The notes under the pieces are model-generated. The model saw nothing but the letters and a program-made list of their open reading frames with translations. It was not told where the DNA came from and ran no database searches. This document shows, in pieces, positions 27,389 to 39,365 of a stretch of 63,884 bases of DNA. The translations under genes were made by a program, and so were the position numbers. The DNA comes from Octopus bimaculoides. Taxonomy: Eukaryota. Where the stretch lies: contig NC_068999.1 of assembly GCF_001194135.2 (NCBI RefSeq), positions 2,272,461-2,336,344 of the forward strand, in the 5' to 3' direction. Positions within the stretch are counted from its first letter, which is position 1; the number at the start of each line of letters is the position of its first letter.

Positions 27389-29736
27389 CATAATGCATAC
27401 ATATAATTTATCTTTGTTAGATGGAAGGGTCAGCGACCATGACATTGGCAAGTCTTCTGATGTGATGGTCATAACTATGTTGTAGACTTTCCTCTCTCCC
27501 TAGTTATTAAATGTTTGTCTTTCTCTCATCAGATCACCTGGATTTGGTTTGACCCTTGTAGCAGAGACAACAAAAGGGACCTTCCTAGCTGCCGAGGCTA
27601 TTTCAAGCCCTAAAGGATCAGACAAGGGACCATCTGTTGCTGAAGATGTTGGTAAAAAAGCGGCTTATTTATTATTGGAAGAAATATATCGGGTAAGTTA
27701 GCCTGAATTTATTGATCCTGGTGGTGTGAGGGTTTTCATTCTTGTCATTGAGACTGCTGATCAGCGGTCTTGAGTTCAAACCTTACTTGGGGTCACTCTT
27801 TTTCCATGGTGTCCCTTTAATATTGTTTTGTTGCATGTCTCCCTGATTCCCATAGCAATAGTTTCTGAAGCATTGTGTAGAGGAGAAACACACCTTCCAC
27901 TGGAGAGGATGCCAGACTAACTTACCTATAAAGAACTGTGGACTGAAAGTTAACAAAACACTGCCTACCATTTGTAAACTATACCTCTCAGTTTGGTGGA
28001 ATGGTTGTAAACAAAGCTACGAGCTACACCACAGTGGTACCTACTTTCAGTTAAGTAGACTGGGCTCCCTAATCAGCTGAGCTCATTAAGCCCTCCCTCC
28101 ACTAGAGAGTTCAGTGATTAGTGACAGTAATGACATTAATTTCCTGATTGAGTAATTTGGTGTAACAGAGACATCCAGATATTAAAGTAATTGCATAAAT
28201 AATTAAAATATCTGACTCTATTTTCCATCTCTTGTCATCCATCATCATTTAACATCCATTTTCTTTGCTGGCATGGGTTGGATGGCTTGATAGGAACTGG
28301 CAAGACCAGGAGCTGCATCAGGTTCCACTGTCTGTCTTGGTTTGGTTTCTATGGCTCGATGCCCTTTCTAATGTCGACCACTTTACAGGGTGGTCAAGAT
28401 GATTTTTACATTGCACCATCACCAATGCATTCTATGTGGCACCATCACCAGTGCTTTCACATGGTACCAGCACTGACATGGTCACCAAGTACCTGTATCA
28501 AGAATAAAAACAATTCTATCAATTTCTTTCTTTCAATTTTTTCCTTTGCAGGGTGGCTGTGTAGATTCTCTTAACCAAAGTATGGCAGCATTATTTATGG
28601 TCCTTGGCTCTCAGGATGTGTCAAAACTTCAAATTGGACAACTCACTCCATACACGTAATGATGGAAATTTTTTTTTTTTTTCCTTAACATCTATTATTC
28701 CGTTTTCTAATTGCTACAAAAACAATATCTCCACTCATAGACATTCTAAAATTTGTAATTACATTTTAGTCTAGACTTTGCTAATGAGGCCTAATAATAC
28801 AGGAACATGTAATAAGTTATTACCATAGCTACCAAAAATCGAACCTGTTCTAGACTACATCTCTATTTAAATTTTTAATTTAAATTTCAGAGTTGTCTCT
28901 CTTGCCTTACTTAGCAACTATTGTCATTAACACTAAATATGTTTTCTCATCATTTACCCTGTTATATCAGTTGATACCAAAATTATCTTTGCTCCAACTA
29001 CATTAAGCATGTTAATCCGTTTTGTGGGACATTCTTTAACTAGTCTCATATTCTCACAATACTGTCAGCTGTTTATAGACCCCCCTTATTTATCCGTTGC
29101 ATGCAACAGAAACAGATTTTGATGAAACTCTGCTTCTGTTGCATATATCATGATTGATGTCCCTGTTCTGCTTTTGTTTGAAGACAATATTTTTGCATTT
29201 TAATTCTACGGAAAGAAACTTTGGTTGAGTCATTTTGATAGTGTTAACATTTCATGCCTGCCTGTAATAGCCAATGTTAAGACAGGAGACACAAGTGTAT
29301 TCACTGACATTCACATATGACAGGCTTCTTTCAGTTTCCATCTGTCTCTTCCACCTTGACCAGTCTGGGCTATGAGTGAAGACATCCAAAGTGCTACTGC
29401 ATGGCACCTTGGCTAAGTTAGTACTGAATACATGGTGCTCCAACATGGCCACAGTCTGTTGACTGAAACAAATAAAAGAGATGTAAACCATAGACATGCT
29501 TCCTCTTGTCTCTTCCATTTTTTATTCTAACCAAAAATATTCCAACATTTTTTATTTTTTCCTCAAGGATTGGCGTGATGAGGTTGATCAGAGATTTCTT
29601 CAAAGTCTTGTTTAAAGTGGAAGAAGTAAAAGAAGAGGACAGTTTTGATAACGAACAATTAAAGACAGGAGACAAAAGACTCCTATTAACCTGTGTTGGG
29701 GTCACTTATACAAATGTTAGCAAACCTATTTTATAG
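23809..29736 (+). CDS. RCL1: RNA 3'-terminal phosphate cyclase-like protein (18S rRNA processing), 9 coding exons, 379 aa
   Basis: Exons 23809-23941, 24708-24779, 25130-25305, 25554-25628, 25895-26019, 26698-26823, 27533-27692, 28552-28655, 29568-29736, all GT-AG, total 1140 nt in frame. Translation matches RCL1 motifs: YEGCNFFRQRLVLSILSG, DDNPGL, LFCLAPF, GGGEAVFSCP, KSPGFGLTLVAETT, LLLEEIYRGGCVDS, LTCVGVTYTN. Confidence 0.96.
24076..24622 (-). mobile_element. Non-autonomous DNA transposon with about 85-bp TIRs in RCL1 intron 1, Merlin/IS1595-like
   Basis: Imperfect TIRs at 24076-24157 and 24531-24622 (GGTAATCTTCCAGTTTCGAG...TACTACTTT). An internal minus-strand ORF remnant WFARRRLIRNKFTCDDCLVPC resembles the N-terminal CxxC region of Merlin transposases (from memory). 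No TSD visible. Confidence 0.6.
26020..26697 (+). other. U12-type (minor spliceosome) GT-AG intron, RCL1 intron 5
   Basis: 5' splice site GTATCCTTT (26020-26028). Branch sequence TCCTTAAC at 26681-26688, 9 nt before the exon. No polypyrimidine tract. These boundaries keep the RCL1 frame (GIA/WCTKVSP). Confidence 0.85.
27168..27326 (-). mobile_element. tRNA-derived SINE family 2 in RCL1 intron 6; other copies near 621-850 (-) and 21330-21425 (+)
   Basis: Head ...GAGTTCAAATTCC..GAGG.TGACTTTGCCTTTCATC...AATAAGTACCAG, resembling the conserved central domains of metazoan SINE superfamilies. Exact superfamily needs a Dfam/Repbase search. Confidence 0.75.
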
Positions 29737-30859
29737 AAAATATATTTTATAAATTAAACCATGAAAATGAAATATCCACAGTGTTTGTTTGGTTTTTATT
29801 TGAGGACAGCAAAATTAGATCAGGACACTTGGGTAGAAGACGCTTGGATGGAGAGGGCTTGAAGGGGGCAGGGTTGGTACAGAGCACCTTGGGGATTTGT
29901 CATTGAGAGTGGCACAATCATTTGAGGGCATCAGATGGTTGTCACTTGAGGGTGGTGGGTTGGTTCAGTAGAGATTCTCTGAGTGGTTAGTACTTGAGGG
30001 TGACACAATCAGTAGAGAACATTTGGGTGGTTGGTACTCGATGGAGACTGAATTGGTTGAGGGCATCTGAGTAGCTTGTACTGGAGAATAGACGGCTCCT
30101 TTTGTGTCCCATCTGGCTGAAACTACTAGCGTAGCTAGAGTGTGTACCAACTGGGGCAGCCCTTCTGTTTTCCACTCCCAGACCCCACAAAAAACACATA
30201 TTGCCTACAGCAGACCCAAAAGTGCTGCCTGGGGCAGACCCCACCACACATACACACAGCCGCACTTGTGCCTCTATAACAATAGAATCGATATTTCTTC
30301 AAAAATAAGAAATTTTAATTCAGATAATTTCCATTTATTTTCTTAAACGTTCCATCATCATCATCATCCTCACTGTTGTAACAGTCATCAGGAAATAATG
30401 ATGGGGGCAGTTTTTCTTTATTATTTTACAAAATTTTATTGGTATGGGTGGATGTTTCTGAATTTAAATAAAAATCTTGGAAATTTAAAGGTTTCAGGAC
30501 ACCCTTCCCCTTCCAACTCAAAAGCCCTGTAAAGAAAGCATCGGTAATTGCCCTTCCCCTCCCCAGCTGAGCAATGATAACTTGATGCTCATCAAGAGGT
30601 GCAACCACATTGAACTAACAGGAGAATCAGTATTTGGTGTCAGGAATCTGCTTAAAATAAACCCTACTTACCTGAGCAACAAAAGTGGAGAAATTTCGTT
30701 AGTCTGAAGCATCCAATTCTGTCTTCACCCCTGGTTCCAGGATCTAAATGAAAACCTTCCATCAAAATTTCCTCTGAATTTATCTTATTCATTGTTCGAT
30801 ACTGTGAAATATTGGACAACATTTAATAATACTGTATGATATTGTAAAATAATGTTTGA

Positions 30860-31228
30860 TGTGTGGTAAGTAGCTTGCTTACCGACCAAATGGTTCCAGG
30901 TTCATTCCCACTGCATGGCACTTTGGGCAAGTGTCTTCAACTATAGCCTTGGGCCGACCAAAGCCTTGTGAGTGGATTTGGTAGACGGAAACTGAAAGAA
31001 GCCCGTCGTATATATGTATATGTTTATGTGTCTGCCTTTGTCCCCACCAGCATCGCTTGACAACCGATGGTGGTGTGTTTACGTCCCCGTAACTTAGCGG
31101 TTCGGCAAAAGAGACTGATAGAATAAGTACTAGGCTTACAAAGAATAAGTCCTGGGGTCAATTTGCTCGACTAAAAGGCGGTGTTCCAGCATGGCCGCAG
31201 TCAAATGACTGAAACAAGTAAAAGAGTA
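30860..31228 (+). mobile_element. Near full-length SINE family 1 copy
   Basis: Colinear with the reverse complement of 55346-55760 over its whole length. Confidence 0.88.
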
Positions 31229-31410
31229 TTATGTATACATATCCATATATAGGGGGAAATAAACATGAGAGATGCAGGAGCTGCTCAGGGGTTTTGCAAG
31301 CTCTTCCAGATCCATTGCAATGCTGGAGACCCTTCTGTATTGGCTGTGTGGCAAGAAGCTTGCTTCCCAACCACATGGCTCCAGGTTCAGTCCCACTGCG
31401 TGGCAGCTTG

Positions 31411-31680
31411 GTCTCTGTAGCAACCATGATGTCAATTTTATGTGACCTGAGACCGTCGAGGAAACAAGCTTGCTTCCACTTTGAATTCAGGCCACGTACA
31501 TTTAAACGACCTATGCGTAGCGTAACCATGAAAAGAAACGGCAAAAGAAGGAATTCCACCTACCTTTTTAATCTAAGGCAATTATCCTCAGTACTCGTGC
31601 AGGTGGGATTCCCTCACCTCTTCCAAAGGCGGTTCTTCCGGTGGATCGAACACTTTTGGTAGGTCCTTTAGTTCAATGAT
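31411..31680 (-). mobile_element. L1/Tx1-like LINE, start of ORF2 AP-endonuclease
   Basis: TLRIGRLNVRGLNSKWKQACFLDGLRSHKIDIMVATETKL (NVRG and ETK motifs), truncated by a SINE head. Confidence 0.75.
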
Positions 31681-32625
31681 TTTTTTAGAGTATCTTTTTT
31701 TGAAGTCTCTGTACAGTTCTTATGGGATGTTTGCTATTATTTGATCCGCACATGCCTGAAACGCCAGATTATAACTTTCGACAAAGCAACGAACTATAAA
31801 TCTGAGTTAATCTTCGCTAAAGATGGAACCCCCAAACCAGACTGCCTTAAATTATCCAATAAGCGTCGTCGCGGCACACATCGTACCATGGTAGGGTCCT
31901 ACCTCTGTGAGTTTATATGCCTTCGCAGACATCGAAATTGCAATTTATTCCAAAAAATGTTGCAATGTATCGCGACATGTAAAAGACAATATGTTGACTT
32001 CTTTCATTAAATATTTTTGTCCTTAAAAGGTTTGTAATGTGTTTTGTTATGAATTTTTAAGGGAAAAAAAGAAAACAAGAAAAAAAACGATGGGCTCAAA
32101 CACAGAAATATACAGATATATACCTATATCTTATATGCATTCCTACAGATGATCCATGCTTGTTGCAAACAAATACCATTTCAATCAGGCGACCGCGTTT
32201 AGAAAAATAAAAGCGACCGGCGAAGTTATGATGTAAGCACGTGCTAAAACCCCTCATAATTTTCTATTTTTACAAAATCTTTTCGATTCTGCATAATGGA
32301 ATTAATACGGGATCTTTTCCCTTTGAACAGCACATCGAGAAATTAACTTTTTGTAACTAAACACTTTCAAACTTTGGACACTGGTTCAACAATTCTCACA
32401 AAAATTTTCAACCCTTCCCCCAAAGGAGAAAGACAACAAAAGGTCGAGGGAGATTACTCTCGTTAAATCCCTTTTTCGNNNNNNNNNNNNNNNNNNNNNN
32501 NNNNNNNNNNNNNNNNNNNNNNNNNNNNNNNNNNNNNNNNNNNNNNNNNNNNNNNNNNNNNNNNNNNNNNNNNNNNNNNNNNNNNNNNNNNNNNNNNNNN
32601 NNNNNNNNNNNNNNNNNNNNNNNNN

Positions 32626-33722
32626 CTCGAAACTAAGTTCATCATCATACGAAAAGTGCTTCTCCTTAAAAAGAAACAAAAAACTTTATAGTTGGAAGTT
32701 AGATGGTGCGAGGTCGGGAGAGGAGGGTTTCAAAGCCGCAGGAGTGTGCTTTCATTTGGGCAACGTGCATTGTGAACTGGGGCATTGTCTTAGAGAAATC
32801 GGACGCCTTTGGTCAGCATGCCACGCTTCTCTGCTTTGATAGTGTCCCGCAACTTCTGCAGCAGAGAAGTATAATATGCCCCATTAATTGTGGTGCCCTT
32901 TGCCAGAAAAATCCATCATCACTAAAAAAAAACTGTGAGCATCACCTTGCCTGCTGAGGGTTGGACAAGAGCCTGATTAGGGGGTGGTGAGTTATGCTTC
33001 CATTGCTTCGACTGGACTTTAGTCTCAGGACCATAGTGATGGGCTCCTGTTTCATCCTGTGTGATAAACCTGTCGAAAAGTCTTCCTCGTTTTCTTGGCA
33101 CATTGCCAAAAGAGCCTGGGGGCAATTGACTCCTTCCTGCTTCCGAAAAGGTGTGAGCATCCGGAAAATCTATGGTACAGACAACTTCCGCAAGTGCAAA
33201 TGGTCGTGAATGATTTTTTTTCCACAGACCCTACACTTATCTTCACTTCTAGGGCTACTTGCCGAATAATTATGCGGCGATCCTTCAAAATGGCGGCTTC
33301 TACTTTATGGACGGTGGTCATCAATGGCGGAATGCCGTCGTCCAGGAATAGGAGTGGTTTCCACCGATGTCCGACCACATTTGAACTGGCGATGCCAGTG
33401 CTTCCCTACGTCGTATGACGGTGCATCGTCACCATAAAGTTCTTTCGGGTCATCAAAACTCACTTTTGATGTACAACCTTTCAAAGATAAGAACCTGATC
33501 ACTGATTTGCATTCAACTACCTCCATTAAAACACCTGAGTCCACTTCAGCAACCGTAAAAGACAAATGAACTCTAGTGAAAAGCTGCAATTTATAATACA
33601 CCATGTATAGTAAGACCTGAAGTTCGGTTTCCTGTAATAACCGGAAGTGTTTCAGAGAAGTTTTTAATGCGCATCCCGCATGCATGCAGCCTTCGGGTTG
33701 TTCACGATCTTTCAAAGTGAAT
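32626..33722 (-). mobile_element. Decayed mariner element, near full-length transposase with frameshifts
   Basis: SVIRFLSLKG...WHRQFKCGRTSVE...GR; DRRIIIRQVA; RFITQDETGAHHYGPETKVQSKQW; SAGKVMLTVF. The 3' end runs into an N gap. Confidence 0.9.
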
Positions 33723-33779
33723 TAGTTAAATTTTTTTCAGAAAATTATTTCCTTTGTAAATTCCTGCACAATTTGTAAT

Positions 33780-33820
<41 letters not shown>

Positions 33821-34586
33821 NNNNNNNNNNNNNNNNNNNNNNNNNNNNNNNNNNNNNNNNNNNNNNNNNNNNNNNNNNNNNNNNNNNNNNNNNNNNNNNN
33901 NNNNNNNNNNNNNNNNNNNNNNNNNNNNNNNNNNNNNNNNNNNNNNNNNNNNNNNNNNNNNNNNNNNNNNNNNNNNNNNNNNNNNNNNNNNNNNNNNNNN
34001 NNNNNNNNNNNNNNNNNNNNNNNNNNNNNNNNNNNNNNNNNNNNNNNNNNNNNNNNNNNNNNNNNNNNNNNNNNNNNNNNNNNNNNNNNNNNNNNNNNNN
34101 NNNNNNNNNNNNNNNNNNNNNNNNNNNNNNNNNNNNNNNNNNNNNNNNNNNNNNNNNNNNNNNNNNNNNNNNNNNNNNNNNNNNNNNNNNNNNNNNNNNN
34201 NNNNNNNNNNNNNNNNNNNNNNNNNNNNNNNNNNNNNNNNNNNNNNNNNNNNNNNNNNNNNNNNNNNNNNNNNNNNNNNNNNNNNNNNNNNNNNNNNNNN
34301 NNNNNNNNNNNNNNNNNNNNNNNNNNNNNNNNNNNNNNNNNNNNNNNNNNNNNNNNNNNNNNNNNNNNNNNNNNNNNNNNNNNNNNNNNNNNNNNNNNNN
34401 NNNNNNNNNNNNNNNNNNNNNNNNNNNNNNNNNNNNNNNNNNNNNNNNNNNNNNNNNNNNNNNNNNNNNNNNNNNNNNNNNNNNNNNNNNNNNNNNNNNN
34501 NNNNNNNNNNNNNNNNNNNNNNNNNNNNNNNNNNNNNNNNNNNNNNCGTCGGAGATAGGAGAAAACAAACGTATAACTTTATTATT

Positions 34587-34620
<34 letters not shown>

Positions 34621-34657
34621 CTTCGACTTCTGCTCTTGTTTTCATGTTCAAAACAGG

Positions 34658-35519
34658 ATGCCTGTGTCAGTTGCTGCCAAAAATATTTGTCCAGTTATAG
34701 GCGAGGGTCCTCACTGGGAGGAAAATTCCAAATCCCTTCTATTCGTTGATATAACAACTGCAGGTTACTACAGATGGAATTCCCTGGATGGAACATGTGA
34801 GGAAATCCACGCAGGTATGTAACTCAGATCTTTTGGTTTGTTTCATTCAATATTTCTCTGTACCTCATTTCCTCTCATTCACTTCTTTCCAGATGGTACC
34901 TCTTTTTTTGCCCTTATTTACTTATCATAGGGTACTTCTTGTTCTCTTTATGTCTGTGCATCAACAGCAAAGTACAAATGTGTTGAGCAAAGACTTGGGC
35001 AGAATTGAAGTGTGCAAGAGAGAAGGCTGCACTGTTATGGACACGTGATGTGTATGAAGAAGTTCTGATTGCTTAATGTGGATGGAGTTTGGAGTTTGCA
35101 GAAGCGGGAGACCCAAGAAGACATGAGATGAAGTGGTGAAACCTAATATCAGGACTTTGGATCTTACATAGATGACAAAAGATTTGGATGACTGGCAATA
35201 TGCAGTTCTGATGAAGGCCTGTGAAAATGAGGTTCTGGAAGTGCAGTGTAGAGAGAAAGAGAGAGAAAGAAATTCAAAGAATTGCTTTGATCCAGTGATA
35301 GAATGCCTGTCATGTCTATAGGTAATGAGGGTTTGAGTCCTAGATGCACCTTCCATTTTTTTCTGTCTAGAAGAGTTTTTCAACTCAATATTTACATGCC
35401 TTTACACATGCATAAAAACTTTATGAGTGTGCTTTGAGATATTCCAAAAAAGTATTTCACATTCTTTTGAAAATTTACAAAAATTCCCATTACATCAGCA
35501 ATATATATTTATACTGACA

Positions 35520-35555
<36 letters not shown>

Positions 35556-37911
35556 CTCTTATGAAGTCTTTATATTTTCTATTCTCCAGACAGTGGTTTA
35601 GCTGGTTTCATTATCCCCCGCCAGAATGGAGGTTACCTTGTATCAAATGATGCCAGAATATTACATTTGGATTTTGCCAGTCGCAAATTGGAACCCTTCC
35701 TAACTATCCAACCTGATGAATTAGATCTCCATCTTAACGATGCTAAGTGTGACAGCAAAGGAAGATTGTGGGCAGGTAAGATGATGTCATTGAGTTGCTC
35801 TCTCAATTGTTGGTAGCAACATACACCTACATAGATCATCATCATCCTTTACCATACATTTTCCATGCTGGCATGGGTTGGTTGTTCTTACATACGGATA
35901 AACGGATAAAGAGATTGACTTACACATAGACATACATTCACACACACACCTGTATCTATTTAACTGTCTATCTATCCATCTCTCTCTCTCTCTCTCTTTC
36001 ATATATATATTCTTTTATTTGTTTCAGTCATTTGACTGCGGCCATGCTGGAGCACCGCATTTAGTTGAGCAAATCAACCCCAGGACTTATTCTTTGTAAG
36101 CCTAGTACTTATTCTATCAGTCACTTTTGCTGAACCACTAAGTTACAGGGATATAAACACATCAGCATTGGTTCTCAAACACAGACACACAATCATGTAC
36201 ATACATACATATATATATATATATAGGTTCAGGTGAATATGGTTCTTAAGTTTAAGCACCAGAATTAAGTATGGTATTATCCATACAGTTTCAAAATAAG
36301 GTGATTAAAATCGAAATACGCAACAAGGATATCNNNNNNNNNNGGTGATTAAAATCGAAATACGCAACAAGGATATCCATATATATATATATATATATAC
36401 GACGGGTTTACTGAATGGCACGAGAAACATTCTAGTGACGTTGAATATCTTACCTGGCTACCACAGTCCCCAGATCTCAATATTATTGAACATTTATGGT
36501 GCATTTTAGAAAAACAAGTAAGGAATCAATATCCTCCTCCATCATCACTACAAGAACTGGAGACTGTTTTAGCTGAAGAATGAACAAAAATTCCTTTGGA
36601 AACGATTTAAACTTTGTACGAGTCCATACCTCATAGAATTCAAGCTGTAATTACTGCCAGAGGCAGTCCTACCCCATATCAAAATAAATTTGTTTGAAAT
36701 TTTAAGGTGTTTCCATTATTTTGTCCAACCCCTGTATATATGTATTATTCCTGTATCTATTATCAGGGACCATGGGACGTTTTAACACTGTCTCTGACTT
36801 CGTAAAAGAAGCTGGATGTTTGTATCGAATTGACAAAGACCTAAAACCATTTGTCGTCAAGGAAAAAACCAATGTTTCCAATGGCATAACTTGGACAACA
36901 GATGAGAAAACCATGTTTTACACACATTCCATTCCCAGAAAAATATTTTCCTACTATTATGACATCCATTCTGGAGAGGCATGTAAGTTCCATTTTTGTC
37001 TCTAAACTTTAGACACTTCTCACTTGCAATTTTTTGTACTGACATTGGAATGATAAACGGTAAATCAACTTTTTCTTTCTTTTAACAGCAAGAGAACAAG
37101 TTGTTGTGGACTTCACTGATAAAGAATGGTCAGAGTATGGCATACCAGATGGAATGACCATGGACGTAATGGATAAGCTTTGGGTAGCAGCATTCAAAAG
37201 TAGCCGAGTGTTCCAAATTGATCCCGAAACAGGTCTGTTTTTGGCTGTTTGTATCAATATATACACGCATACATAGGAATGTGTGTGTGTGTGTGTGAAG
37301 TCACTTTTAATACTACTGTGTTTACGAGGGGGAGACAAGCACCTCCACTCAGCGAAGCCTGCATCCAGGGACATGTTTCTGAGTTTTTGCTCGTCATCAG
37401 CTTGGAGTAGCAGTCTCTCTGAGAGATTTAGAAATGTATCATTTCTAATTTTGAAATCAGTGAATGTGTTTCACTAGAATTATTATATGTTTACGAGAGC
37501 TTGACAGGCATCTTCAGCCAGCAAGTCATGTATCATTTTCAGGAGTTTACAGACAAATCTAAACCCATAGATATAGTGATGGACAAAATAAAGAAATGGG
37601 TGTATGTGTTGTGTTGTGTTGTGTTGTATTGCTTTGCATTGTGTTGTGCTGCATTTCATTGCAAAGTGAAGTGAATACAAATATGTTTCTGAACTCTTTC
37701 AGGAAAAATTCTACAGACTATCAAGTTCCCAGTGTCTGAAATTACTTCCTGCTGCTTTGGTGGACCAAATTATGATGAACTGTATGTCACATCAAGTCAC
37801 CTTGGATTAACTGATGAGGAGTTTAAAAATAACGAACCACTGGCTGGAAGTCTCTTCAAGGTCACAGAAACAGGCGCTAAAGGAAGGGCAGCATTTTCGT
37901 TCCAAGGCTAG
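34658..37911 (+). CDS. RGN: Regucalcin/SMP-30 gluconolactonase-family protein, paralog A (303 aa, most divergent copy)
   Basis: Exons 34658-34814, 35590-35775, 36767-36982, 37089-37232, 37703-37911 (912 nt, GT-AG, all introns phase 1). Motifs [51 protein letters not shown]. Confidence 0.93.
35010..35230 (+). mobile_element. RTE LINE 3' fragment in RGN-A intron 1
   Basis: Homologous by eye to 19626-19865 and 38960-39350 ([10 protein letters not shown]...RPKKT*DEVVK). Confidence 0.65.
36010..36200 (-). mobile_element. SINE family 1 3' half; other partial copies near 890-960, 9530-9600, 12255-12410, 16553-16668, 17228-17397, 18212-18490, 18750-18885, 19875-20035, 26380-26630, 31343-31411, 41835-41935, 47985-48140, 57400-57545, 63580-63725
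   Basis: Shared strings GTTTCAGTCATTTGACTGCGGCCATGCTGGAGCACCGC and CTTTTGCTGAACC.CTAAGTTAC, or the 5'-half strings. Boundaries approximate. Confidence 0.8.
36420..36736 (+). mobile_element. Tc1 element 3' end with right TIR, in RGN-A intron 2
   Basis: [15 protein letters not shown]...[14 protein letters not shown], then the TIR end ...TTTTGTCCAACCCCTG followed by TA. Confidence 0.85.
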
Positions 37912-38624
37912 CAAAACTGATTCTTTTTGCAGAATGTTCTAGATTCATGGAATCAAACAACCAGCTAAATGAATGAATAAATAAATAGCGAATGAGTATT
38001 GTTGGAGTATCATGGAATCATTTTTATCCAAAATACTTTTGTATCATTCTATCAAGCATTAAAACATATTCACATTCTATATTCACTTTTATTGCCTTTT
38101 TATTTTATCCAAATAATTTACATTTTTTGTTGTATTAACGATTATCCATTACTATAAACTTCTCTTGTTTCCTGGTTATGTGTCTGGTATAAATTGTTTC
38201 CTATTGAATCAAAACTTGTGGTTTCATATGTGGAACATCTTATAAAAAAGGATTCTTTCGTTTTCGTGCTCTTCTTCTCCACTCTTACATTATATTGAAA
38301 GCTTTCTGAATTATTATTACTGCCCTTTTATTTCTGATGAGGCCATAAAATAGTTTTTAAAAAAAAGTGTGATTGCGGAGAAATTACGCTGCTATTTCTA
38401 GCAGATTGGCTGACTGTCTAGACATTCCACCTTTTATCTCTTGTGATAGTGTTCATAATTACTTTTCTTGTCTCTGTTTATTTTTCTGTCCCCGCTCCCT
38501 GCTCTCTTTGTTTCTTCTTGCTGCTAAATCTGTAAATCTGTACATTTTACTAACACCCAACACACACACAAAATATATTTGCAAACCATTGTTGTCTTGT
38601 TAACTCACAAATAAAGTATATATC

Positions 38625-39365
38625 ATCATCATTTAATGTCCACTTTCCATGCTGGCATGGGTTGGAAGGTTTGACTGAAACTGTTAAACCGGAGGAGCTT
38701 CACCAGGTTCCAGTCTGATTTGACGTGGTCTCGATGGCTGGATGCCCGTCCTAATGCCAACCGCTCTGAGAGTGTAATGGGTGCAATTTACATAACACTG
38801 GTAACAGCCACAACTACGGTTTCCCAAGTGCCATTCACATGGCGCTGGCAATGGTCATGTCTATTGTTTCACTTGGCTTGACAGGTTTTCTCAAGCATAG
38901 CATATCTCCAAGGGTCTCAGTCACTTGTCATTGCCTCTGTGAGGCTCAACATTGAAAGATCATGCTTCACCACCTCGTCCCTCACCTCCTTGACACCCAA
39001 CAGTCAAAGATCATGCTACCAGCTGTGACTAATATTATTACAATTTCACCGGTGCCATTTACATCAGCAACAGTAAAGACTACAACTTCACGAGTCTTCT
39101 CAAGCAGAACGTATTGCCAAAGGTCTCGGTCACTAGTCATCTCTTCTGTGAGGCCCAACATTCGAAGATCGTGCTTCACCACCTCATCTCATGTCTTTCT
39201 TAGTCTACTTCTTCCACAGGTTCCCTCCACAGTTAGAGATTGGCACTTTGCACAGTCATTCTCATCCATATGCATCACATGACCACACTGGCACTCTCTT
39301 TTGTACACCATATCTGATGCCTCTTATGCCCAGTTTTCTCTCAAGACACTCTGTTGCTCTTGCAG
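38625..39365 (-). mobile_element. RTE LINE 3' fragments with the family 3' tail
   Basis: DLRMLGLTEEMTSDRDLWQY... plus the tail GGATGCCCGTCCTAATGCCAACC...CCAACCCATGCCAGCATGGAAAG ending in (ATG)n. Confidence 0.8.

Noticed and set aside
29800-30110. G-rich stretch with recurring TTGAGGG words after RCL1
   Set aside because: Spacing is irregular and there is no ORF. It is probably a decayed retroelement 3' UTR and could not be classified.
30860-30920. tRNA-like A/B boxes here and at other SINE heads
   Set aside because: No cloverleaf or acceptor stem, and they continue into SINE bodies, so they are not tRNA genes.
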